Source of the DNA: Octopus sinensis
Lineage: Eukaryota
Length of the DNA stretch: 64,000 nucleotides
Reading direction: 5' to 3'
Assembly (NCBI RefSeq): GCF_006345805.1
Contig: NC_043004.1
Location: forward strand, 48,050,001 to 48,114,000
Shown: positions 12,359 through 22,321 of the stretch, piece after piece
Position numbering within the stretch: the first letter of the stretch is position 1
Layout of the letters: the number at the start of each line of letters is the position of its first letter
Translations under genes and position numbers: made by a program
The notes under the pieces: generated by a model
What the model saw: the letters and a program-made list of their open reading frames with translations, nothing else
Database searches by the model: none
What the model was told of the DNA's origin: nothing

Positions 12359-12504
12359 ATGGCCAGTTACATTCACCGTCCAAGTAAAGTCTCCTTCATA
12401 TATCAAACAATACCGCAACGCGTGTACCAGCTTGCTGAAAATGACCCTGATAAACCAGCCCTTGTCGTTTATAAAAACAAAGAGAATCGGCAGGAGATAA
12501 CTCG
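12359..12504 (+). CDS. ANL-family acyl-CoA synthetase-like gene A, coding exon 1
   Basis: ATG 12359 gives MASYIHRPSKVSFIYQTIPQRVYQLAENDPDKPALVVYKNKENRQEIT(R); donor CG|GTAGGT at 12505. In-frame TGA upstream at 12326. Homologous to gene B exon 1 (25/49 identical, both 146 nt). Not listed in the ORF track. Confidence 0.88.
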
Positions 12505-12894
12505 GTAGGTTTTGGTTTTAATTTTATCTGAATGTCTATGTTTATCTCACAATACCTTCGTTGTATTACATTTCTAAATATTATGTAAGTTCCTCACCGT
12601 CGCTTTAGCCACCAATATTCGACTTGGGTCGAAGAGAATTTGTTGAGATGGATTTTCTAAAGTTGGATACCCTTTCTATCATGAACTCTCAGCTATTTCA
12701 AAGTAAGGTAACAATTCTCCGTGACCACACATGATTTAATGGAAGGACATCAAAATATTTGACAATGATACTTGCTTAAAAACTCTTACAAGATGCCAAA
12801 GAAAGGACACATACACGCACGCACACACACACACGAACACACACACGAACACACACACGAACACACACACATATATATATATTTATATATATAA

Positions 12895-13040
12895 AACAGG
12901 CTTCCTTTAGTTCCGTTTACCACATCTACTCACAAGGCTTGGTCGACCCGGGACAGATGTAGAAGACACTTGCCCAAGTTGCCATGCAATTGGACTGAAC
13001 ACGGAGTCATTTGGTTGCGAAGCAATCTTCTTATCACACA
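12895..13040 (-). mobile_element. CORE-like (OR2-type) SINE in intron of gene A
   Basis: Contains the cttgggcaagtgtcttctac core and tRNA-like head shared with copies at about 18743, 18940, 20290, 42630-42980, 47230-47540 and 50820. Confidence 0.75.
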
Positions 13041-13118
13041 GCCACGTCTGCGCCCATAACAAGTAATAAATACATTGCATAACATTTAATAGTAATAATA
13101 TATGAATTTGTTTATTGC

Positions 13119-14140
13119 TTGGTACCCAAAAGAAACCGGAATTTTACAATATTATTTTATTCACAAAGTTTTACATGTTTACACATTTATCGCCTTCAAC
13201 ATATTCTCCATTTGAAGCAGTGCATTGGTCCAGAGGCGTTTTCCATTGTTAGAAGCAGTCCTAAAGCTTTTGCGAAGAGATGCCTTTTAACGCCCCTGTC
13301 GTTTTTTCTCCACCTCTTCCACGTCTGCAAAACGTTTTCCTTTAAGGACATTTTCATTCTGGGTGGGTGGGGCAAAAAATGTTCCAGGGTGCAAGATCAG
13401 GTGAATAGGGAGGGTGGGTAAACGAGGTCAAGCCCTTTTTTGTCAAAAGCTGTCTCATCCTCGAGGTGGTTTTTGCAGGCACATTGTCGTGAAGAAACCC
13501 CCACACTCCACTTTGACACTGGTCAGGGTGTTTTCATCTCGCCGTGTCTCGCAAACTTTTCAGAAGTGCCAAGTAACATGTCTGGTTAACAGTTTGACCA
13601 GGAGGAATAAATATTGTGTGAACAATTCCTTTCGCCTCGATGAAACAAATCAGCATCGTCTTGACACTGGACCTCACTTGACTCACAGTTGGGGGGGGGG
13701 GGGGCGTGGTGACATTGAATGCTTCCATTGACTTGATTGCTACTTCGTTTCCAGTTCGTAGGCGTAGTTCCAGCTTTCGTCATCAGTGATGATCCTCGAA
13801 AAGGTTCGAATCAACTTCCAACTGATTTTTTTCAGTTCACTGCACGAACTCAGTCATGACATCTTTTGATCTTCCGTGAGCAAGTGAGGTACAAATTTTG
13901 CTGCAATTCTTTTCATTCGCAATTCCTCGCTCAAAATTCTTTGGCAGGGAATCCAGGACACATTAGTCATATCAACAAGTTTGTCAATTGTTTGACGACG
14001 GTCCTCAAAAATCAGTTCATGAATTTCGTGATGTTTTCATTTGTTCAGGAGATCGACGGTTGCCCTGGTCGATATTGGTCTTCAAGTGACCATTCCTAAA
14101 GTGTGAAGATTACTCGTAAATGTGTGTTTTGCTCATGGTA
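13119..14140 (-). mobile_element. Mariner transposon remnant in intron of gene A
   Basis: VRSSVKTMLICFIEAKGIVHTIFIPPGQTVNQTCYLALLKSLRD..WGFLHDNVPA..LKGKRFADVEEV; TIR-like end ggtacccaaaagaaaccggaatt at about 13121. Confidence 0.88.
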
Positions 14141-14579
14141 GCGGCCTTGTAAGCTGAGGATAGAAAGCTTCGAATGACCCGTCCTTGTTTTTTTTTTTTT
14201 TTTTTTTTGTATCGTTTATCTGGATGTTTTGTTGTCCCCTTTCGTATCACCTAGCTGTCCGGATTTTTTGCGTCCTTGTCCCATTTTGTATTATATATAT
14301 ATATATATATGATACATGGAGGTTTTTCTAAAAAGGAACGAAAATTGACATTTCGCATTTCTTGAATTGCGTGGCACTTACAGTTTGAGAATTTTAATTC
14401 TCATTATATTATTGAAATTTGAGGTAACATATTGAGTAAGCTTGAATGATTTAAGAAACCTAAATCTGGAGACGCAAAAAGAATTCCTAAATACATCGAA
14501 TCCCAGATATCTGCAAAACTGTTTTTAGTATTTCACTTTCGGTTTTTAAGTTTTAAACATAATTTTATTTGGAACACGT

Positions 14580-14790
14580 TAAGGTGGCGAACTGGCAGAA
14601 TCGTTAGCACGCCGCGCAAAAATGTTTAGCGGTATTTCGTCTGCCGCTACTTTCTGAGTTCAAATTTCGCCGAGGTCTATTTTGCCTTTCATCCATTCGG
14701 AGTCGATAAATTTAGTACTGGGGTCGATGTAATCAACTATCCCCCTTCCCCCGCCCAAATTTCAGGCGTTGTGCCAATAGTAGAAAGGAT
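14580..14790 (+). mobile_element. tRNA-derived SINE in intron of gene A
   Basis: ggtggcgaactggcagaatcgttagcacgccg head plus the same core as the other copies. Confidence 0.85.
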
Positions 14791-15335
14791 TATTTGGAAC
14801 ACCTTCTCCTCGATTTACGACCGAGTTCTGTTCTGACTTACAGGTCGTAAGTGGATCTGGTCGTATGTCGGGTTTATAGTTTTCAACATTATTTTGATTC
14901 AAAATGCAACTAATGCTTGAAAATGACTGAGTGAGAGACAGTGGCAGGCAGTGGATGCCTGGGTCAGAGGAAGACCTGCGTTTCCAGACACTAGCCATAG
15001 TTATCGTTACGCGCAGCTGCTCAGAGTCCGAAAATCGATTCTTTTTTACCTATTTACTTATGTTTTATAGTTTCTTATTTTTTGTGGTTGTGAGTCCGGA
15101 TGGTCGTAAATCGCATAGGTCGTAAGTCGAGGCTAAGGTGTATATATAAAAACCTGTTCATTTCTGGTAGACTTGAAAATTTGAAAAAGTATAACAAGCA
15201 TTATTTAAAAGAGTTTTCGATATTATAGTATTGTTTAAATGTCTATTTATGAGATACTTTACATACACTTTTATGCTGAAAGCATTATAAAGTATATCTA
15301 TTTAAGCATGTGTTTATTCTTTTCTTTTATTTCAG

Positions 15336-16821
15336 GAAACAAGTTTACGATGGCGCTGTAAAATTTGCCAAAGCTCTTATCAATTTAGGAATTCAGAAAG
15401 GAGAGTTAGTTGCCTACAGTGTATCCAACTGTGTTGAATGGTTGATATATGAGGTCGGCATAATTATGGCTGGGGCAATTTCTGTGAAATTAATGCTTGG
15501 ATTGGCAGATTTTAAAACGGTATTACATGGCTGCAGTTTAGTTGTATTTGATTCCAAATATATTTGGGAAAACTTCCTCAAAATCGCTGACATTTCTGAT
15601 AATGGGAAGGTTTCCTCTGAAATATATCCAAACTTGAGATTAGCCATTGCTGTCTCAGAAGCGGAGCGTCCTGAAAATGTTTTGTCTGCAGCTAAGTTGA
15701 TGGAAGATGTAAGTAGTAAAACTGATATAATATTTCCCTCCATGAGTCCTGATGATACTGCACTAATTTCTCAAACATCTGGTTCAACAGGTGTTCCTAA
15801 ACGAATTTGTCATTCACATTTTAACTGGATCAATGCATTTTACACATTTTACACAGATGCTGGTGTCAATGAAAAAGATAAGGCTTATTGTAGCCGTCCA
15901 ATGGGATATGTTGTTGGCTATCCGTCAATGTTTTTGTCAATTGGCTGCACACACGTCACGGGAGATGTGAAACTGCTAAATAATAACGAAAACATAGATT
16001 TCATTATAGATTTATGGAAGACAGAAAAATGTGACGTATTATGGGTAGTTCCACAGAGATTAAAATATATCAGAGAATCAGATTTCCGAGTAAAACGGAT
16101 TATATCAGGAGGAGATTTAATTGCAAGAGACTGGATTGAAAATTCTTTTCGTCTGGCAGACAAATTTTCCCTTGCATATGGAAGTACTGAAACGGTAATA
16201 TCATCACAGAGACTATTCTCCAAAGAAGATATGGAGCAACATGTAGAAGGAATGTTAGGTCGACTGCTTCCAGGTTCAGAGGCTAAAATCCTTGATGAAA
16301 ACAAAAATGTTGTTCCCATCGGAAGCATTGGGTCTCTGTACATTCGTAATGGTTGGATGCAAAAAATATTTCAGGATGGAAGGAATTGTTTAGAAAAGGG
16401 TTGGATGCCTACGTCAGATATTTGTAAATTGACTCCTGATGGTGATCTCGTAATGATAGGAAGAAGTGTAGATTTTATTAAAAAGTCTACAGTGAAGTTA
16501 TCCATAAAAACTATTGAAATATACGTTGGCCGTCACCCCAGCGTTGCAGAAGTGGTTGTGGTACCAATACCAGATGAAAGCTTTGGTGAATGTATATGCG
16601 CCTGTGTTACCATTCTACCGGGTCACAAATTCAGCAGAGATGATTTAACAAAATTCTGCACAGAAACAATGCCGCATCCAAGTAATTTTGACCATGTAAC
16701 AATAATTCCGGACTATTTCTTACATTTTACCAGCTTTCCAAAGCTTCCCAGTCAAAAATATAACAAACCTTCCATAAAGTGTTCTGCAATTGAAATGGTG
16801 AAGGAATCATACGGAAAGTAA
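15336..16821 (+). CDS. ANL-family acyl-CoA synthetase-like (AMP-binding) gene A, coding exon 2; spliced product 543 aa
   Basis: Acceptor ttttatttcAG|G at 15334-15336, phase 2 compatible with exon 1. P-loop QTSGSTGVPK (15772-15801), YGSTE, GWMPTSD, GRSVDFIK, PSQK with the A10 Lys. Uninterrupted ORF; ATTAAA at 16861. Confidence 0.93.
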
Positions 16822-17529
16822 AATTCCGAATTTTGTTTTTCAATAATTGTTGCTTTTCTTATTAAAGAGATATATCAACTGAACTCTGTTTCTTGAAAAC
16901 TGTTTCATAGCGCATCAATTTCAAATCCCGTGCAATGAAGTGAAAAATATTACAGCTCTAATTGAGAATATGGCGAGGGGATGCCAGAACATAAGAGTTA
17001 AATTTGTAAAATGTTCTCGAATACTTATCTTTAAACTATATTAATGTATTCTTTGACATGATTTTAGAATAGAAATTATTTCCATGCTTCTAATAATGAC
17101 ATTTTGAGTTGCAGACATGTCTCACTCAATTTCTAATACTTGAACATTCACTTTAGGTCCCTGATTTGGAGATAATTTCTTTCTTTCCTCCCACCAGTCT
17201 CGAAGGTCCTGAAAAGGCCCATAAGTAATGAAAGAGCCATACTAGAGTTTGTACGGCTGGATCCGAATGTTCTTAAAAATGGAAGGACTCATCAGGACAA
17301 ACAACTGTCTCGATGCATTACCGAAATGAAATGTTCAGTTAACAAAATGTGCCGAGTCCCAGCTTTTCCCCAATGGAGCAGAATTATTCTATGACTATCC
17401 TGTCTTCTTATGAGTACAAAAACTTTTCATTTGATACCTGTATGACGTCGTGCAACCATGCAGAGGACCACTGATGGGAAAGAATGTGTCACAGTTGAAA
17501 AATAATGTTGATATTGTTTTATGTGAATA

Positions 17530-18255
17530 GTTATTTCTTTATTACCCACAAGGGGCTAAACACAGACAAACGGATTAAGTCGATTATATCGACCCCAGTG
17601 CGTAACTGGTACTTATTTAATCGACTCCGAAAGGATGAAAGGCAAAGTCGACCTCGGCGGAATTTGAACTCAGATCGTAACGGCAGACGAAATACAGCTA
17701 CGCATTTCGCCCGGCGTGCTAACGATTCTGCCAGCTCGCCGCCTTCGTCTTATTTGAATAGATACAAGAAAAGGTAAATAGCTAGAGAAACGATACCACG
17801 GCTAATTTTTAAATTTTATATGATACAATTTTCATGTCATTTACCGTACTAACATCTTTGGGAAGACATCTTATCTCATTGGCTTCGCTCATTTAATATT
17901 CAGTCCTTCTGAAAGCGGCTAGCTGAGAGACACGTTAGCACGCCGGGCGAAATGCTTAGCGATATTTCGTCTATCTTTACGTTCTGAGTTCAAATTCCGC
18001 CGAGGTCGACTTTGCCTTTCATCCTTTCGGGGTTGATAAATTAAGTACTAGTTACGCACTGGGGTCGATGTAATCGACTTAATCCGTTTGTTTGTCCCCT
18101 CTATGTTTAGCCCCCTGTGGGTAATAAGGAAACAAATATTTCTTCAATCTTTACGTACTAAGTTCAAATTCCGCCGAAGACGACTTTGCCTTTCATCCTT
18201 TCGGGGTCGATAAATTAAGTACCAGTTGCGTACTAGGGTCGATCTAATCGACTGG
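17530..18255. mobile_element. Oppositely oriented SINE copies (17530-17745 minus; 17925-18255 plus, two units)
   Basis: Same family core on opposite strands about 180 bp apart. Confidence 0.85.
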
Positions 18256-18742
18256 CCCCTTCCTGCAAAATTTCGTTCCATGTGCCTAGAGTAGAAAAGT
18301 CCTTGTGCTAAAACGGGAAGCCAATATTCGCATTCCCTGACTAACTATCCCTGAAGAGAAAAAAAGTGTCCCCAGTAATTGTGAGACAATTTTAATTTCC
18401 GATCGAAATTTAACCTTTGAGAATGGTTTAAATTCTTTCTCTCTATAAAATTTGCAGTCACGCATCTACATGAGATAACCTTCTAGCCTATATTTCTTAG
18501 TCCAAATCTTGCCAGATCTTCTAGATTTATATCACTTATGCCGAAAATATAGTCATCGATCGATGTACTTCAATAAATAGTCGAATTAAATTCTTAGTCT
18601 GTTTTCTTGTTTTTCTTTGTTATTCCTGTTATTTGTTGTTGCTATTATTGTTGCACATTTAAGATATGATTTGAAAATACTTAGCCATTGTTTGAATTTA
18701 ATGCCATCGCCAACGAATTTCTAATTTCATAAAGATATCGTG

Positions 18743-19090
18743 CAGGCGCGGCGACGTGGTTAGAAGTTTACTTCCCAACCACATGGTTCCGGGTTCAATT
18801 CCACAGCGTGATGCCTCGAGCAAGTGTTTTCTACTATAGCCTCGGGCTGAACAAAGCCTTGTGAGTGGATTTGGTAGACAGAAACTGAAAGACAACCGTC
18901 GTGTGTATGCATGTATATATATATATATATATATACGACAGGCTTCTTTCAGTTTCTGTTTACCAAATCTACTCACAAGGCTTTGGTCGACCCGAGGCTA
19001 TAGTAGAAGACACTTGCCCAAGGTGCCACGCAGTGGGACTGAACCCGGAACCATATGGTTGGTAAGCAAACTACTTATCACACAGCCACT
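18743..19090. mobile_element. Two OR2-type SINEs tail-to-tail around (TA)n
   Basis: About 18743-18900 (+) and 18935-19090 (-) are inverted copies. Confidence 0.85.
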
Positions 19091-19094
19091 CCAA

Positions 19095-19590
19095 AGTATG
19101 CTTTTGGTGACATACAAAGTGGTGCCAAATTCCAGTTTTGGACAAGTGCTGAACTATTCAATCACCAGCATTTCAAAGCCAAAGCACTGCTACAAACCAG
19201 TATCATTCGTAATCTGCTTTTTTCAGATGCTACTGCACTAGTAGCGGCTTCATTAAAGGAAGCTGAGAAACTTCTAGACCAGCTTTGACCATCAGTATAA
19301 AGAAAATGGAAGTGATCCACCAACCTTGCCCTACTCCTAAAACAGTTCGGGGTGTCAAGTAGAGGCCATCTGTACACAATTTCCCTAACACTCCTAATAA
19401 GGTAGATGGGTAAAACCTAACTTATGTGAAGTTATTTACATATATTGGTAGTAAAGTGAACTCGAGCGCTTCCCTTGAAGATGAAATCGTCAACCGTCTT
19501 GCACAAGCAACCAACGCATTTCGTAAACTCCATCACCACCTATGGAATGAAAGGAACATTAAAATTCACACCAAAGTCTATTAAGTCTAC
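19095..19590 (+). mobile_element. RTE-clade LINE RT fragment
   Basis: LFNHQHFKAKALLQTSIIRNLLFSDATALVA, FTYIGSKVNSSASLEDEIVNRLAQATNAFRKL..LWNER match the RTE RT C-terminal half. Confidence 0.85.
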
Positions 19591-21219
19591 ATGTCTACAA
19601 AGCTGCCATTTTTGATTTGGTCGGCCCGAGGCTATGGTAGAAGACACTTACTAAGTTCATTACTTCCTACTTCAAAATGGAGTTGGGGTGCACACGAAGT
19701 AGTTTACCCTACTATGTATTTTATTATTAATATCTTCAAAACAAAGAACAATGTCTATATTATACATTATAAGGCAAACATAATGCAAATGAAAACCTGT
19801 ATACAGACTCGAAGACTTGTGAATTTAGTTTATTGCCAATAGAGAACCGGGTTCATGAATATGCATGAATTACCAGCTTTTTTTCAAATACTTATACACA
19901 TTAACCTATGTTTGTGGCCATGAATGTATATTTATAATTATTACAATTAGTTTATATGTGTAGTGTATCACTCCTCCGAATTCTATATAAAGATAATGAA
20001 TAAAAGAATACGAATATATCTTTTATTCATTTTCTTTTTTCTGTGACTGAACTGCAGGTCACCAGCTTCAAAAATTTGGGTCGCCAGCTTCAAAAATTTG
20101 GGTCATCAGCTTGGAGGTTTTAATGGATAAAACTACTCCAGTATTTCTTTAAGGCCCAGTACTTATTCTAGTGGGGTGTTTTTGCTTAACCGCTGAGTTT
20201 CAGTGACATGAAAAAAGTTATACTGGTCGTCATGTGGTGAACACAAACATATCGGCTCATATACACACAGTCGCACTTATATATAAATAAATACATGCCT
20301 GGTTTCTGCAGAGTTTCCATTCGAATAGTTTACTCACAAGGATTTGGTAGACCTGAGTACTAAAAATAGAAGATATTCAAAGTTCCGCACGGTGGGACTG
20401 AACTCGAAACTTCTTGGCCACACAGTTATGTCTGCGCCTATCTTCAATACTCTTGGCTAAATTTAACCAACTTACCAAAAGCTCGGGATCTTACTTTTCT
20501 CAATACTAAATGTGCTGACAGTGATTTGTTTCGTTACAATAATATACAAGTAAACATAGCAATAGGAATTTTAGCCAGCACTGCTACGACTATTGTAAGG
20601 AAATCACCTGCATAATATATGCGAAAGTGTTGTGCATTTCGACGATTTTTGCTGCCTTTGTCAAGTGTTGCAAGGGACCTAGAATTATTGGTCAGCCACA
20701 TTCAAATATCAAACAAACTCATTGCTTATAAAACCACTTCAGATGTTCGTATCGACTTTGCTTTTGGATGTCTAGTACTTAACTTTAGTTATATTTGTTG
20801 CATCTCTGAGCTATTGGGCATGCATATACATATACACACGTGCATATACATATACACACGTGCATATATACAGACATGCATAATGACTTTCAACTGTGTG
20901 TATGATCATCACTGACAAATTATCATACCCTAGATGTTAAAGACAATAGCCATCAGCAATGCCCGTGCTGAAATCTAAAGTCAGTAACTACTTGCAGAAT
21001 ACTGCTAAGACTTACCTACAAAGTCAAAATGAAGGAAGAGCAATATCTCCGGCTTCCCAATGAGACAAGGGCTATTTCGGAATTTCCTTCTCATAGGAAG
21101 GTGTCTAAATAAAGACTAGTGGTCTCTCACTCCCAGATTTTTTGTAGCCATTGACTCTACTGAGTTCATCCGTCTTTTGACTGGTTTTAATTTTCATCCT
21201 ACACGGTTTCCAGATCATG

Positions 21220-21575
21220 GCAAAACGATGGCAAGAAAAGCCCCTTCATGGTAAATACTGGGCTAAATTAAACGCAAAAGAAATAGACAAAGCAAAATCC
21301 CAGCAATAGCTCAGAAGCTCAGGACTCAAACCAGAGACTGAAGGATTTTTAATTGCAGCACACGACCAAAGCCTCGCCTCCAGAAATTACCAAAAACATG
21401 TAATGAAAAGAAACAGAGCAAGAAACTGCAGAATATGTGGAGATGGACAAGAAACAATAAATCATATTGTCATTGACTTCCCAGTCCTGGCTAAGAAGGA
21501 ATGTATTGCAGACACGACAGAGTTGGGACCTACATACACTGGAAGCTATGCCAACACTGTGGTATAACAACAGAA
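21220..21575 (+). mobile_element. R4/Dong fragment (CCHC zinc knuckle region)
   Basis: WQEKPLHGKY..GLKPETEGFLIAAHDQSL..CRICGDGQETINHIV..RHDRVGTYIHWKLC. Confidence 0.88.
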
Positions 21576-21579
21576 AAAA

Positions 21580-22250
21580 AAAAGATTTTAGCTACTTTAT
21601 GAGGGTTTAATGCTGTATCCAAGTCTTTAGTTAGGTTATTTTTGTTCCAGATTTTATATGTATATGTTGTGATGTTTTCGTTCTTTGGGTAGAGCACTGC
21701 TATAGAATAAGCGTGTAGGATTGAAATATATTCCTCGCGTGTCCATTTATGCTTTTTGATTTTATTTGCGGGAAATGAGGAATAACGTCCGGCCTTTATT
21801 TTGACGGTAGTCTTTTTCGTAGGGTACCGGTCCTTTCATTTCTGGTGTTAAATTGTTTTGCAGGTGTAGTTTTTCGTACTTTTTGTGTAACAAGTTTAAA
21901 GTATGCACTTCCTGATTGTTATTCTTGGGTTGAATAATACCGGCATTATTTAATTTATTTTTATTTATTTAATTTTTTTGTACATGGTGTTTGGGGACGG
22001 AGATGGTCTGGTTTTGATTGGATCGTAATGTGGCAAGCGTGTTTACATGTGCTGTGCGAGCTGTGGAAACGATATACAGTTAAAATACATAATTTCATTT
22101 TGAAAATAGTAATAAATTTCAATGAGTATTACTTACTTGGATATAGTCCAACATTTTGTCAACTATTTTTGGCTCCATGTGAAGTCTTTATTCTCGATGT
22201 TTTTGGATAGATTTCGGAGCAGTTTTTTACCGCTCTCACATGTTAAACAT
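21580..22250 (-). mobile_element. R4/Dong 5' fragment, same family as 3965-4700
   Basis: Direct nucleotide homology (gtgagagcg..ctgctccgaaatctatccaaaaacatcg...). Begins just after an (AAT)n tract. Confidence 0.85.
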
Positions 22251-22321
22251 CTCTGGTTATTATTATTATTATCATTATTATTATTATTATTATTATTATT
22301 GTTATTGTTGTTGTTGTTGCT

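Noticed and set aside
14150-14195. CUGAGGA...GAAU..GUC hammerhead-like motif (and its relative at about 52535-52575)
   Set aside because: GAAA is broken in both copies and stem II is unpaired; at most a dead relic.
15414-16343. Antisense ORFs (109 aa, 141 aa) and those opposite gene B (30063-31182)
   Set aside because: Shadow ORFs of the real coding strand.
17285-17295. CUGAUGAGUCC on the minus strand, a classic hammerhead start
   Set aside because: No downstream GGAC-GAAA or stem III; incomplete motif.
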